Of a DNA stretch of 51,288 nt, positions 28,674 through 37,788 are shown in pieces. The stretch's first letter is position 1, and every line of letters begins with the position of its first letter. Origin of the DNA: an uncultured Bdellovibrionales bacterium. Its GTDB lineage: Bacteria; Patescibacteriota; Minisyncoccia; Moranbacterales; UBA1568. Location of the stretch: assembly GCA_964436855.1 (NCBI GenBank), contig CAYTED010000009.1:1-51288 (forward strand), given 5' to 3'. Under the pieces are notes generated by a model that saw nothing but the letters and a program-made list of their open reading frames with translations, did not search any database and was not told where the DNA came from. The translations under genes and the position numbers were made by a program.

Positions 28674-29009
28674 TTATTGAAGCGTATCGGATCCACGCTC
28701 AGTATCACCAGAAAACTCATCTACCAAAGAATCTCTTTCTGCTTTTAACTGTGCTAAAATTTGTTCATGAATTTTCCGGAGAGAGGCTTCTTGTGGCATG
28801 TTTTGAAGATTCTTTTCCGCCGTCAAAATCTTTTCACTGAGTCCTTCGAGTTTTTGAGTGTATAACTTCACTCGCTCTATTTTTTCTGTTGCCTTTTTGA
28901 CATCCAAATCAGCCTCAATACCTTCCCGAATTCCAGCGTCTGGACGCTTTGCATGTTCACGTGCCTCAGCAGCGTCAACTCTTCTCTGTATTTCACCCTC
29001 AATTCCCAT
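28674..29009 (-). CDS. Hypothetical coiled-coil protein
   Basis: 111-aa AT-richer ORF collinear with neighbours; no motif. Confidence 0.55.
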   Translation of the reverse strand: MGIEGEIQRRVDAAEAREHAKRPDAGIREGIEADLDVKKATEKIERVKLYTQKLEGLSEKILTAEKNLQNMPQEASLRKIHEQILAQLKAERDSLVDEFSGDTERGSDTLQ

Positions 29010-29025
29010 ATATTTTTCACAATAA

Positions 29026-29289
29026 TTATGCGACTTTTCTCAGATCATCTTCTTTTGGAATTTCAGAACTTCTCTTTTTTGAAAACAGATTTTTAAATCC
29101 TTCAATCAGATTTTCTGTTGCTGGTTTTTTTTCACCGGAAAATCCTGCAATTGGATTGTCCGGATGTACAAATCCGGGTGATATAGAATTCGCCTCCGAT
29201 AGCACAACGCCATCCCCTCCCTTCGGCTTTTCTGGGTCCGGTTTTGACCTTGGTCGCTCCCAGCTTGAAAAATTAAAAGCTTCTCCCAT
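29026..29289 (-). CDS. Hypothetical protein
   Basis: 87-aa ORF with an AAGGAA RBS; no motif. Confidence 0.5.
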   Translation of the reverse strand: MGEAFNFSSWERPRSKPDPEKPKGGDGVVLSEANSISPGFVHPDNPIAGFSGEKKPATENLIEGFKNLFSKKRSSEIPKEDDLRKVA

Positions 29290-29321
29290 ATGATTTCCTT
29301 ACAGATTCCCCCTCTACTCTA

Positions 29322-30188
29322 TCAAATTTTCATCTTCTTGAACACTTTTTGTGCCGTCCCCTCCACGGTTTTTTCAAGCGCTTCTTTCGAAATGCCTTTT
29401 ATTTCCCCGATTTTCTCGGCGACCAGCGTTACATATGCCGGCTCATTTCGACTCCCGCGATGAGTTTGAGGAGCGAGATACGGGCAATCTGTTTCGGTCA
29501 GCATTCGATCGACCGGAATATCTTTGACGGTTTTTGCAAGATCATCTTTTGTGCCCCGCAAGGAACTCTTTACCGGGTACGTGATATTTCCGGTAAAGGA
29601 AAAAAATACATTTGGAAGTTCAAGAAATTTTTTCGTTACTTCAGTATCGCCCACATAACAGTGCAATACCAAGGACTGTTCCGCCTGTTCTGAACCCACC
29701 CCCTCTTCTCGTATCATTTCATACAAATCCTGATAGGCATCATCTGTCCCAATGGAGGGGCGGCAGTGAATAATCATCGGGAGACTGCTTTCAAGAGCCA
29801 GTCTTTTCTGCACGAGAAAACCTTCTTTTTGAACATCCTTTTCTTCATCAGTAATCGGTTTTTCCGGATTGCGGGAGAAATAATCCAAACCACATTCGCC
29901 GATCGCCCGGACTTTTGGATGAGCGACCAACGTTTTCAATTCACCGATCCATTCATTGCGTTGACGCTCTTCTTTTGCCGTATCAAGGAGATATTCGTGT
30001 GGATGAATACCGACACTTGCAAAGACACCTTCGTATCGCTCGGCACAATCGATCGCTTTTTTACTTTCCTCAATATCCGTTCCGATCGAAAGAATATGTG
30101 AAACGCCAGCCTCACGTGCGCGGCGTATCACTTCGTCACGATCCTGATCAAATTCTGAAAAATGAATATGCGCGTGTGCGTCGATCAT
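29322..30188 (-). CDS. tatD: TatD family DNase
   Basis: DAHAH, GIHPHE, IGECGLDY, IHCR, HCY, ETDCPYLAP. Confidence 0.93.
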   Translation of the reverse strand: MIDAHAHIHFSEFDQDRDEVIRRAREAGVSHILSIGTDIEESKKAIDCAERYEGVFASVGIHPHEYLLDTAKEERQRNEWIGELKTLVAHPKVRAIGECGLDYFSRNPEKPITDEEKDVQKEGFLVQKRLALESSLPMIIHCRPSIGTDDAYQDLYEMIREEGVGSEQAEQSLVLHCYVGDTEVTKKFLELPNVFFSFTGNITYPVKSSLRGTKDDLAKTVKDIPVDRMLTETDCPYLAPQTHRGSRNEPAYVTLVAEKIGEIKGISKEALEKTVEGTAQKVFKKMKI

Positions 30189-30258
30189 AGAGCGACATCA
30201 AGAATTATGAAATAAGGGACAGGAATTTTTTCGTGCTCCGTGAAGGGAAGTTCTTGAT

Positions 30259-31695
30259 TCAAGATTCCTTATTTTCAATACGCCGAAAAAGCGGCTCGAC
30301 CTTCCTCTCTACAATCGCTTGTGTTATTTTTTCAGCGGTTTCCGGAAGAAACGACTGCAGGCAAAATCCGATCTCGGCAAGCGTTTCGAGATATTCCGTC
30401 ATAACCCGCTCAAATTTCTCGACATCGGACTTGGCAAGTTCCCACGGTTTTTCTTCGGCAATTTTTTTGTCGAGCATGCGCGTTTGATCCATGATCCATT
30501 CGAGTGCTTCGGTCAAACGATAAGCCTGTAGGTGATCCAAAAATATTTTTGGAAATTCTCTTGATGTGGAATATTCGAAAGGATTTTTCATTCGCTCAGA
30601 GAGCTTTATCACTCGAGACACGACATTCCCGAGACCGTTTGCGAGATCAGCATGGTATTTTTCGGTCATCCGTTCCCAAGAAATATCAATATCTTCTCCA
30701 AATGGCGCGGCAGCCAACAGCAAATATCGCGCTCCGTCGATCCCAAATTTTTCGACCACTTCATCCGGACCGATGACATTCCCGAGTGATTTGGACATTT
30801 TTTTTCCGGCATTGGTGATATGTCCATGAATGAGAATTTTTTTCGATGGTTTCATTCCCGCTGAAAGAAGCATCGCCTGCCACATCGCGGATTGTTGGCG
30901 AAGATTGTCTTTTCCGGCAATTTGTACGCCCGGCCAAAATTTTTCCAGACGCTCCTCATCCGCAGGCCATCCAAGTGTCGAGATATAGTTGACGAGTGCG
31001 TCAAACCACACGTACATCACGTGCTCGGGATCATCGGGAACCGGAATCCCCCACGGCATCTTCCGAGAAAGACGGGAGACACTGAAATCCTGCAATCCGC
31101 GCTCGACAAATGAATGGATTTCATTCATTCGTTTTTCGGGAAATACAAAATCAGGATTTTTTTGATAGAGCGCGAGGAGTGATTCCTCGAATTTCGAGAA
31201 TCGGAAAAAGTAGTTCTCCTCCTCGACAATTTCAATCTCACGATTGGGATGATCCGGACACTTTCCATCTATCAATTCTGAATCCGTTTTTTCGAGCTCG
31301 CAACCGACGCAATATTTCATTTCATACTGTTTTTTGTAGATGTCGCCGTTTGCGAGACATTTCCGCCAAAATGCTTGCGCCGCTTCGATATGGTGCGCAT
31401 CGGTGGTGCGGACAAAATTGGTATAGCTGATATTGAGGAGCGACTTCAAATTCCGGAAATGCTCCGACATTTCGTCGCAAAATTCCTGCGGCGTCATATC
31501 TTTCTTTTTTGCTTCCTCGTAAATCTTCACGCCATGTTCGTCGGTACCGATATTGAAAATCACATCATTTCCAAGCAGTCGCTCAAAACGCGCGATGACA
31601 TCGGCTTGCACGGCTTCAAGCGCAAAGCCAATATGTGGCTTTCCGTTTACATACGGAAGCGTGGTGGTGATATAAAATGGTTTCATAGCAATCAA
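30259..31695 (-). CDS. metG: Methionine--tRNA ligase (no C-terminal tRNA-binding appendix)
   Basis: YVNGKPHIGF, GTDEHG, YVWFDALVNY, KMSKSLGN. Confidence 0.96.
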   Translation of the reverse strand: MIAMKPFYITTTLPYVNGKPHIGFALEAVQADVIARFERLLGNDVIFNIGTDEHGVKIYEEAKKKDMTPQEFCDEMSEHFRNLKSLLNISYTNFVRTTDAHHIEAAQAFWRKCLANGDIYKKQYEMKYCVGCELEKTDSELIDGKCPDHPNREIEIVEEENYFFRFSKFEESLLALYQKNPDFVFPEKRMNEIHSFVERGLQDFSVSRLSRKMPWGIPVPDDPEHVMYVWFDALVNYISTLGWPADEERLEKFWPGVQIAGKDNLRQQSAMWQAMLLSAGMKPSKKILIHGHITNAGKKMSKSLGNVIGPDEVVEKFGIDGARYLLLAAAPFGEDIDISWERMTEKYHADLANGLGNVVSRVIKLSERMKNPFEYSTSREFPKIFLDHLQAYRLTEALEWIMDQTRMLDKKIAEEKPWELAKSDVEKFERVMTEYLETLAEIGFCLQSFLPETAEKITQAIVERKVEPLFRRIENKES

Positions 31696-31755
31696 TTCTT
31701 CACTCCTTACTATCCCACTTCTTTATCCCTTTTTCAAGGGATTTTCCGAGTGGTA

Positions 31756-31784
31756 TTGACATTTTGTATATTTAAGTGTATAAT
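31756..31784 (+). promoter_or_regulatory. Perfect consensus sigma70 promoter
   Basis: TTGACA(31756-31761)-17 nt-TATAAT(31779-31784). Confidence 0.85.
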
Positions 31785-31823
31785 AGAAAACAGTACCATC
31801 AACAACCAAGGAGGGAGGAGGGG

Positions 31824-31970
31824 ATGTTGGGAAAAGCGATTAAATTCGTCGAAGAACAGCTCGACGAGATCGACGGACACCACCCGTCTGGGGTATCACA
31901 ATTCCTGTTTGCCATCTTGATGGCAGCGGGATTCATCGCACTCTGCCTAATTGGCGGGGTGTTCCCCTGA
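31824..31970 (+). CDS. Small membrane protein (48 aa)
   Basis: GGAGGGAGGAGGGG directly before the ATG; MLGKAIKFVEEQLDEIDGHHPSGVSQFLFAILMAAGFIALCLIGGVFP has one C-terminal TM; own promoter and terminator. Confidence 0.7.
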   Translation: MLGKAIKFVEEQLDEIDGHHPSGVSQFLFAILMAAGFIALCLIGGVFP

Positions 31971-31985
31971 CCAGTACTGTACTCG

Positions 31986-32011
31986 CCCGGTTGCACACGC
32001 GACCGGGTTTT
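31986..32011 (+). terminator. Intrinsic terminator
   Basis: CCCGGTTGC-acac-GCGACCGGG-TTTT. Confidence 0.75.
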
Positions 32012-32688
32012 CATTTTTTCTCAAAAACAATCACCGTAAATTCCCCTTTGACTGTCTGCTCGTTCTCTTGGTAGTGCGAGATGACATCGGAAAGAGTTCC
32101 TCTCTGCAACTCCTCGAAGAGCTTGGTGAGTTCGCGGCCGACAATCACTTCTTTTGATGGCGTGAGCGACTGGAGCAGTGCGAGATTTTTCAGCACGCGG
32201 TGCGGCGACTCATAGTATATGACCGGTATTTCTGAAGCGGCCACCTTTTTGAAAAATGTTTCCCGGCCTTTTTTGTGTGGCGGAAATCCAAGGAAAAGAA
32301 ATTCCCGCATATCAATCCCGGCAACCGATACGAGCGTCGTGAGCGCCGACACTCCCGGAATAGGAACGACGTTTACCTGATTCTCACTCGCGAGCGAAAC
32401 CAGTTTGTTTCCCGGATCGGAGAGTCCGGGCGTTCCCGCGTCAGATACAAATGCCAAGCGCTCACCATTTTTCATCCGATCAACAAGGTGCTGTAATTTT
32501 GTGCTGTCGGTGTGTTCGTGGCACGAGATGAGTGGTTTTTTGATCTGATAGTGAGCAAGGAGCTTCCCCGTTACGCGAGTATCTTCACACAAAATAGCAT
32601 CAACACTTTTCAGTGTCTCGAGCGCGCGAAGGGTGATATCGGAAAGATTACCAATAGGAGTAGCGACGATGGAGAGGGTGCCAGACAT
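32011..32688 (-). CDS. rsmI: 16S rRNA (cytidine1402-2'-O)-methyltransferase
   Basis: VATPIGNLSDITLRAL, CEDTRVT, VSDAGTPGLSDPG, YESPHR, RELTKLFEE, KGEF; start set at MSGTL. Confidence 0.95.
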   Translation of the reverse strand: MSGTLSIVATPIGNLSDITLRALETLKSVDAILCEDTRVTGKLLAHYQIKKPLISCHEHTDSTKLQHLVDRMKNGERLAFVSDAGTPGLSDPGNKLVSLASENQVNVVPIPGVSALTTLVSVAGIDMREFLFLGFPPHKKGRETFFKKVAASEIPVIYYESPHRVLKNLALLQSLTPSKEVIVGRELTKLFEELQRGTLSDVISHYQENEQTVKGEFTVIVFEKK

Positions 32689-32690
32689 AG

Positions 32691-32788
32691 TCAATTTTGA
32701 ATTTTGAATTTCCAATTTTGAATGAAATTCGAAAATTGAATGTTTAAAAATTGAATCAAAAGTCAACATTAAAAATTTAAAATTATTC
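32691..32788. repeat. Inverted pair of period-7 arrays upstream of rsmI
   Basis: tcaattt tgaattt tgaattt ccaattt tgaatga aattcga aaattga...; closely resembles the 27733 element. Confidence 0.8.
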
Positions 32789-33811
32789 GACGCTACGTCG
32801 AATCAAAATGTCTTCCACAAATACCGAGAGCATCATTGTGAGCGGTACTGCAAGAATAATACCAAGCGGTCCGGCGAGTTCGAGTCCGACTAAAATCGCG
32901 ATAATGAGCGCGACCGGACTCAAGTCCGCCGAACGTTTCATTACCTGCGGCGCGATGATATGTGCCTCCATCTGATGCGCGACGATATAAAAAAGAAGCG
33001 CGGCGATACCGAGTCCGGGCGAGACGAGCAGCCCGAAAATCACCGCCGGAAATCCCGCAAGCACCGGACCGATATAGGGAAGTATTTCCATCAATCCGCC
33101 AAAAAGCGCGATCGCAAACGCATACGGCACCCCAAGAAACGAGAGACCGATAAAGTAAATCGAAAACGCGATGACCATCAGAAGAAGCTGTCCAAACAAC
33201 CACTGACTCACCTTACCCTGCATGCGAAACGCAATCGAAAGCGCGTGCTCGTGATATTTCTTCGGCGCGAGCATCAGGAAAAACTTTTCGATTCCTTTTT
33301 CCTCAAGCGAGAGATACAGCGCGAGGAAAAAATATCCGATGAAATGAATAAGCCCCTGAAAGAGATTCACCGTCGTCGTAAAGAGATTACTTACCCAACT
33401 CGTTACCGCCGATGCGCTGTTCTGAAACAGGGCTTCTTTTTGAAAATCAATCCCAAGTCCCTGAAGCGATGACTCCAGCCCTTCGAGAAATATTGAGAGC
33501 CGCTTCGCGTGATCCGGCCACTGGAAAACGAATTGCCGCAACTCATTCAAGAAAATCGGAACGAAGACCGTAAGAAGTGTTATTCCACCAAGAAGAAGCA
33601 AGACATAAACGATAATCACCGAGGCGGTCCGGGAAAGTTTGAGTCGTTCTAATTTTCTGATAGCCGGGCCAAACGCCGCCGCTGTCAGAAGCGCAAGAAG
33701 CACCACCAAAACAACATCCCGCAGAAGATAGAGCGCGAATACTCCCGCGACGAGCATCGCCGCGCGGATGAGGAGCTTGGTACCTACTTCGACTTGTTCG
33801 TTAAGGATCAT
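32783..33811 (-). CDS. AI-2E family transporter (PerM-like)
   Basis: Multi-TM; EILPYIGP, HQMEAHIIAPQVM, GPLGIILAVP. Confidence 0.9.
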   Translation of the reverse strand: MILNEQVEVGTKLLIRAAMLVAGVFALYLLRDVVLVVLLALLTAAAFGPAIRKLERLKLSRTASVIIVYVLLLLGGITLLTVFVPIFLNELRQFVFQWPDHAKRLSIFLEGLESSLQGLGIDFQKEALFQNSASAVTSWVSNLFTTTVNLFQGLIHFIGYFFLALYLSLEEKGIEKFFLMLAPKKYHEHALSIAFRMQGKVSQWLFGQLLLMVIAFSIYFIGLSFLGVPYAFAIALFGGLMEILPYIGPVLAGFPAVIFGLLVSPGLGIAALLFYIVAHQMEAHIIAPQVMKRSADLSPVALIIAILVGLELAGPLGIILAVPLTMMLSVFVEDILIRRSVE

Positions 33812-33844
33812 AATTTCGAAAATACTACATTTATACCCCTTCCC

Positions 33845-34241
33845 TGTCATTCCCGCGAAGGCGGGAATCCAGTTACCACAAGGCTTTTATCGGATCAAGT
33901 CAAAATACAGATCATTCCATTTCGGATTTTTTTCTTCAATAAGACGTATTTTCCATGCCCTGTTCCATTTTTTCATTTGCTTCTCTCTCAAGAGGGCGCT
34001 CCTGATATCACTCGTTTGTTCGTAATACACCAACTTGTCTACGCCATATTCTTTTGTAAATCCGTCAGCTTTTTTATTCTTATGTTCCCAGATACGCTTT
34101 AGTAAGTCCGAGGTTACACCGATATAGAGCGTGCCATTCCGATCACTCGCGAGAATATATACGACGTACTGTTTTTCATTCATTCATTTTTCTCTCTATC
34201 AAATTTGTGACATCTGGATTCCCGCCTTCGCGGGAATGACA
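33845..34241. mobile_element. GIY-YIG cassette bounded by a perfect 28-bp inverted REP-like pair
   Basis: TGTCATTCCCGCGAAGGCGGGAATCCAG (33845-33872) and its exact reverse complement (34214-34241); each copy is itself a hairpin. Confidence 0.8.
33887..34183 (-). CDS. Small GIY-YIG nuclease
   Basis: YVVYILASDRNGTLYIGVTSDLLKRIWEHK..LVYYE..ALLREKQMKKWNRAWKIRLIEEKNPKWNDL. Confidence 0.93.
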   Translation of the reverse strand: MNEKQYVVYILASDRNGTLYIGVTSDLLKRIWEHKNKKADGFTKEYGVDKLVYYEQTSDIRSALLREKQMKKWNRAWKIRLIEEKNPKWNDLYFDLIR

Positions 34242-34246
34242 GCCCC

Positions 34247-34274
34247 TTATTCTTTATTCTTTATTCTTTATTCC
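34247..34274. repeat. Period-7 array (ttattct x3 + ttattcc)
   Basis: Abuts the GIY-YIG inverted repeat and overlaps the peptidase stop codon. Confidence 0.75.
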
Positions 34275-35539
34275 ACATTCAATATTCTCAAAAACCCTGC
34301 CTTGTTTGTATGCGGACCAATGATCGCGAGGTTAAGTTTCTTTCTTGTGAAAATATCTTTCGCAACACGAAGCACATCGTCTGCCGTCACCTTATCGATC
34401 AGTTTCCGTTTTTCTTTCGGGAGAACAATTTCGTTTCGCGAAATCTCCTGTCCTACAAGGTACTCGATTACATCGTCGGATCCCTCAAAACTCATCGCGA
34501 GTTTGCCTTTGAGATATTCTTTTGCTTTTTTCAGTTCGTCCTCGTCTATTTTTTCTGTCGCGATTTTCTTGTATTCGGCAAGGATCACCTCAATAGTCTT
34601 TTCAAGATTTTCGTGTTCCACTCCCGCTTGCGTCGCGAGGTATCCGGCGTCATGAAACGTATCAACAGAAGTATGCACGCTATATGCAAGCCCGCGACGT
34701 TCGCGCACTTCAATGAAAAGACGAGACGACATACCACCCCCAAGAATCGCTGCGAGCACCGAGAGGACATACCTGTCCTTGTGATGCATATCGTATGCCC
34801 GAACACCGAGGATCATATGCGTTTGATCGGTTTTCTTTTCTTGAATGAACAGCTCGGGTTTCGACTGTCGATCGATCGCTTTTTTGGTCGTCGGTCGTTT
34901 GCCGTGGCCGATATGTCCGAATCGCTTCTCGATTTCTTTTTTCATTTTCTTCGGATCGAATTTTCCGGCGATACCCACCACCATATTTTCCGAAACATAT
35001 CCGCGCTTCATATACCGCACAAAATCCGCACGCTTGAATGATTTGATATTTTCTTTTGTTCCAATAATTTCCCATCCAAGCGGCGTATCACCATAGAGGT
35101 GTCGTTCCCACAGATCGCCAATATGTCGCATCGGCATATCCTCGTACATATTGAGTTCCTGCAGGATTGTTCCGCTTTCTCGATCGATTTCCTCTTGTTC
35201 CAGTTTTGCGTTGAGAAAAATATCCGAAACAACATCGAGCGCCGTCTCGGCATGATGCTGCTCCACCTTGGCATAGTATCCGGTATATTCTTTTCCGGTA
35301 AAAGCATTGTACTCCGCGCCGACACCGTCGAGCTCTTTACTGATATCGAGCGCGGTCGGACGCTTGGCGGTCCCTTTGAACATCATGTGCTCGAGAAAGT
35401 GCGCAATTCCATTTTCTTTGCGTGTTTCGTAGCGCGATCCGACACCGGTCATGACAAGCACCGTCACCGTCTCCGTATCCTGCATCGGCGCGAGAATAAT
35501 CCGCAAACCGTTTTTCAGTGCATGTTTTTTGTAGTTCAT
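34268..35539 (-). CDS. M16 family (pitrilysin-like) zinc peptidase
   Basis: GIAHFLEHMMFKGT (HxxEH), YNAFTGKEYT, GGGMSSRLFIEVRERRGLAY; start set at MNYKK. Confidence 0.93.
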   Translation of the reverse strand: MNYKKHALKNGLRIILAPMQDTETVTVLVMTGVGSRYETRKENGIAHFLEHMMFKGTAKRPTALDISKELDGVGAEYNAFTGKEYTGYYAKVEQHHAETALDVVSDIFLNAKLEQEEIDRESGTILQELNMYEDMPMRHIGDLWERHLYGDTPLGWEIIGTKENIKSFKRADFVRYMKRGYVSENMVVGIAGKFDPKKMKKEIEKRFGHIGHGKRPTTKKAIDRQSKPELFIQEKKTDQTHMILGVRAYDMHHKDRYVLSVLAAILGGGMSSRLFIEVRERRGLAYSVHTSVDTFHDAGYLATQAGVEHENLEKTIEVILAEYKKIATEKIDEDELKKAKEYLKGKLAMSFEGSDDVIEYLVGQEISRNEIVLPKEKRKLIDKVTADDVLRVAKDIFTRKKLNLAIIGPHTNKAGFLRILNVE

Positions 35540-35546
35540 AGATACA

Positions 35547-35580
35547 GAAGAATAAAGAATTAAGAATGAAGAATGAAATA
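35547..35580. repeat. Period-7 array upstream of the peptidase
   Basis: gaagaat aaagaat taagaat gaagaat. Confidence 0.75.
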
Positions 35581-35809
35581 TAACCAATAATACCTATTTT
35601 ATCAATAGCATTCAGAGTAATTTGACCTTTTCTTCTTCTTTCATTACATTAACGGCAATGAGGAGGAAAGGCAATCCCAATCGCTAGTTCGGTGTCGACA
35701 AGAAGCATCATCTCGATACCGTTTTCCAAATCTTTCCGAACAGAACCGGTTTCCATCCAAAAAAGTCCCCTTGGAAAAGATTCTGGTCTCTTATCTCATT
35801 TGCGATAGC

Positions 35810-36205
35810 CTATGGCGGGGCGCAAATACAAAGGCGCTTACGAGATTCTCGTAGCGCCTTTAACTTTTTTTTACCGTCCTTTCTTCGGTGTTGTATTCTC
35901 CACTGTCGAGGGAAATAACGGTATCGCTTCGCAAGGAAATACACTGCTTCTTGATAGGATAGATAATTGTACTCCTTCAAGAAATCAACCACCCTGCCAT
36001 GCGCCCCACAGCTGAAGCAGTGGTAAAACCGTTTGTGTGCTGTCACTGTAAACGATGGGGATTGTTCCGAATGAAAAGGACAAAGTCCGTAAAATTCAGC
36101 TCGATTACCCCTTTTCCTCTGCTTTAATGGGATAAAGTCACGAATAACATCAACGATATTCACCTTATCGAGTAGCTCATCAACATATTCCCGTCTCAAA
36201 GCCAT
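35810..36205 (-). CDS. Standalone DnaG-type CHC2 zinc-finger protein
   Basis: LLDKVNIVDVI..GLCPFHSEQSPSFTV..FYHCFSCGAHGRVVDFL..LSYQEAVYFLA; GAGGAGG RBS before the ATG at 36205; no TOPRIM domain follows. Confidence 0.85.
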   Translation of the reverse strand: MALRREYVDELLDKVNIVDVIRDFIPLKQRKRGNRAEFYGLCPFHSEQSPSFTVTAHKRFYHCFSCGAHGRVVDFLKEYNYLSYQEAVYFLAKRYRYFPRQWRIQHRRKDGKKKLKALRESRKRLCICAPP

Positions 36206-36235
36206 GACTCTCCTCCTCGAAAGAACTTGAGTCAA

Positions 36236-36264
36236 GTTATATCAACCAACACGTAGAGTGTCAA
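36236..36264 (-). promoter_or_regulatory. Near-consensus sigma70 promoter for the zinc-finger gene
   Basis: TTGACA(36264-36259)-17 nt-TATAAC(36241-36236) with TGn extension. Confidence 0.75.
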
Positions 36265-36293
36265 CGGAATCCTAAAACAAGTACAAGAAAGAA

Positions 36294-37706
36294 TTACTTC
36301 AGACTTTCAGAACAGTAACGCCGAAGCTCACCTACTGAAACCCGCTCCTGCTTCATCGTGTCGCGGTCGCGGACGGTAACGGTATCTTTGAGATCAGCGT
36401 TTTCCCCTTGACCGAGCGTATCGAAATCAATGGTCACACAGTACGGTGTCCCGATCTCGTCTTGCCTTCGATAGCGCTTGCCGACATTGCCATTATCGTC
36501 AAACTCGACGCGAAAATCTTTTTTCAAAGCTTGATAGATCTCTCGCGCCTTCGCCACGAGCTCGGGTTTATTCTTGAGGAGTGGAAAGACTGCTACTTGC
36601 ACCGGCGCGAGTTTCTTCGGGAATTTCAAAACTACCCGTATGTCTTCATCGGAAATTTTTTCTTCCGTATAGGCATCCGTGAGCACCGCGAGGAACGTGC
36701 GATCCACACCCACGGAAGTCTCCACGATCCACGGCATATACTTCTCGTTCGTCTGCGGATCGCGATACGAGAGATCGACGCCCGAAAACTTCGAATGCTG
36801 CGAGAGATCATAATCACTCCGGTTGTGGATTCCTTCAAGCTCTTTGAATCCAAATGGAAACTTATATTCGATATCCCACGCCGCCTTCGCATAGAAGACG
36901 AGATTTTCATGCTCGTGCCAACGAAGATTCTCTTCCTTTAATCCAAGATCGAGATAATACTGCCATCGTTTCTTCCGCCACTCTTCATACACATCCGCGG
37001 CAACAGAAGGATGTACAAAATACTGCATCTCCATCTGCTCAAACTCACGCTTTCGGAAAATAAACTGCCGGGCGGTAATCTCATTCCGAAACGCTTTCCC
37101 GATCTGCGCAATACCAAACGGAATCTTCACGCGGCTCGAATCCAATACGTTTTTATAATTCACATAAATCCCCTGACACGTTTCACCACGGAGATAGGTT
37201 GGGTTTTCATTCCAATCACCAGTAAAGTTTCCCAAATTTGACTTCACTAATAGATTGAATTTCTTTGCATCGGAAAAATTTTTATTCCCACACTTCGGAC
37301 ATTTTACTTTGTCGCGAACCGAATCAAACAGCTTATTGATTTCTTCTTCGGTCATTTTCTCATCCGCAAAAATTTCCGCTTCTTCAAGTAAGTGATCGAC
37401 GCGCACTCTCGTATGACACTCTTTGCACTCCGCAAGCGGATCGGCAAATCCACCAACATGCCCCGATGCTTCCCATACTTTGGGATGCATAAAGATGGCG
37501 CTGTCGAGTCCGACAATATTGTCATGATCATAGACCATCGCCTTCCACCATGCTTCGCGAATATTCTTGGCAAGCTCCACTCCATACGGACCAAAATCAT
37601 ACACTGCCGCGAAACCGCCATAGATTTCTGATGATGGATAAATAAACCCGCGACGCTTGCAGAGCGACACGATTTTTTCCATGAGATCTCCTTTTTGTTC
37701 AGCCAT
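36294..37706 (-). CDS. glyQS: Glycine--tRNA ligase, alpha2 (glyQS) type
   Basis: LCKRRGFIYPSSEIYGG, YLRGETCQGI, GKAFRNEIT..FIFRKREFEQME, ELEGIHNR, YRRQDEIGTPYCVT. Confidence 0.96.
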   Translation of the reverse strand: MAEQKGDLMEKIVSLCKRRGFIYPSSEIYGGFAAVYDFGPYGVELAKNIREAWWKAMVYDHDNIVGLDSAIFMHPKVWEASGHVGGFADPLAECKECHTRVRVDHLLEEAEIFADEKMTEEEINKLFDSVRDKVKCPKCGNKNFSDAKKFNLLVKSNLGNFTGDWNENPTYLRGETCQGIYVNYKNVLDSSRVKIPFGIAQIGKAFRNEITARQFIFRKREFEQMEMQYFVHPSVAADVYEEWRKKRWQYYLDLGLKEENLRWHEHENLVFYAKAAWDIEYKFPFGFKELEGIHNRSDYDLSQHSKFSGVDLSYRDPQTNEKYMPWIVETSVGVDRTFLAVLTDAYTEEKISDEDIRVVLKFPKKLAPVQVAVFPLLKNKPELVAKAREIYQALKKDFRVEFDDNGNVGKRYRRQDEIGTPYCVTIDFDTLGQGENADLKDTVTVRDRDTMKQERVSVGELRRYCSESLK

Positions 37707-37788
37707 AATTTTTGAAATGTTTTTAACTCAATTTCCTTTCAAATCTACCCTTTCACAAGCCAAAAGTCAAAAGGGAAAGAAAGTTTTT

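Noticed and set aside
28940-28965. parS-like TGTTCACGTG
   Set aside because: Not palindromic, misses half of the 16-bp consensus and lies inside an ORF.
35600-35760. 35-aa minus-strand ORF (METGSVRK...) after the zinc-finger gene
   Set aside because: No RBS, no motif and too short to support.
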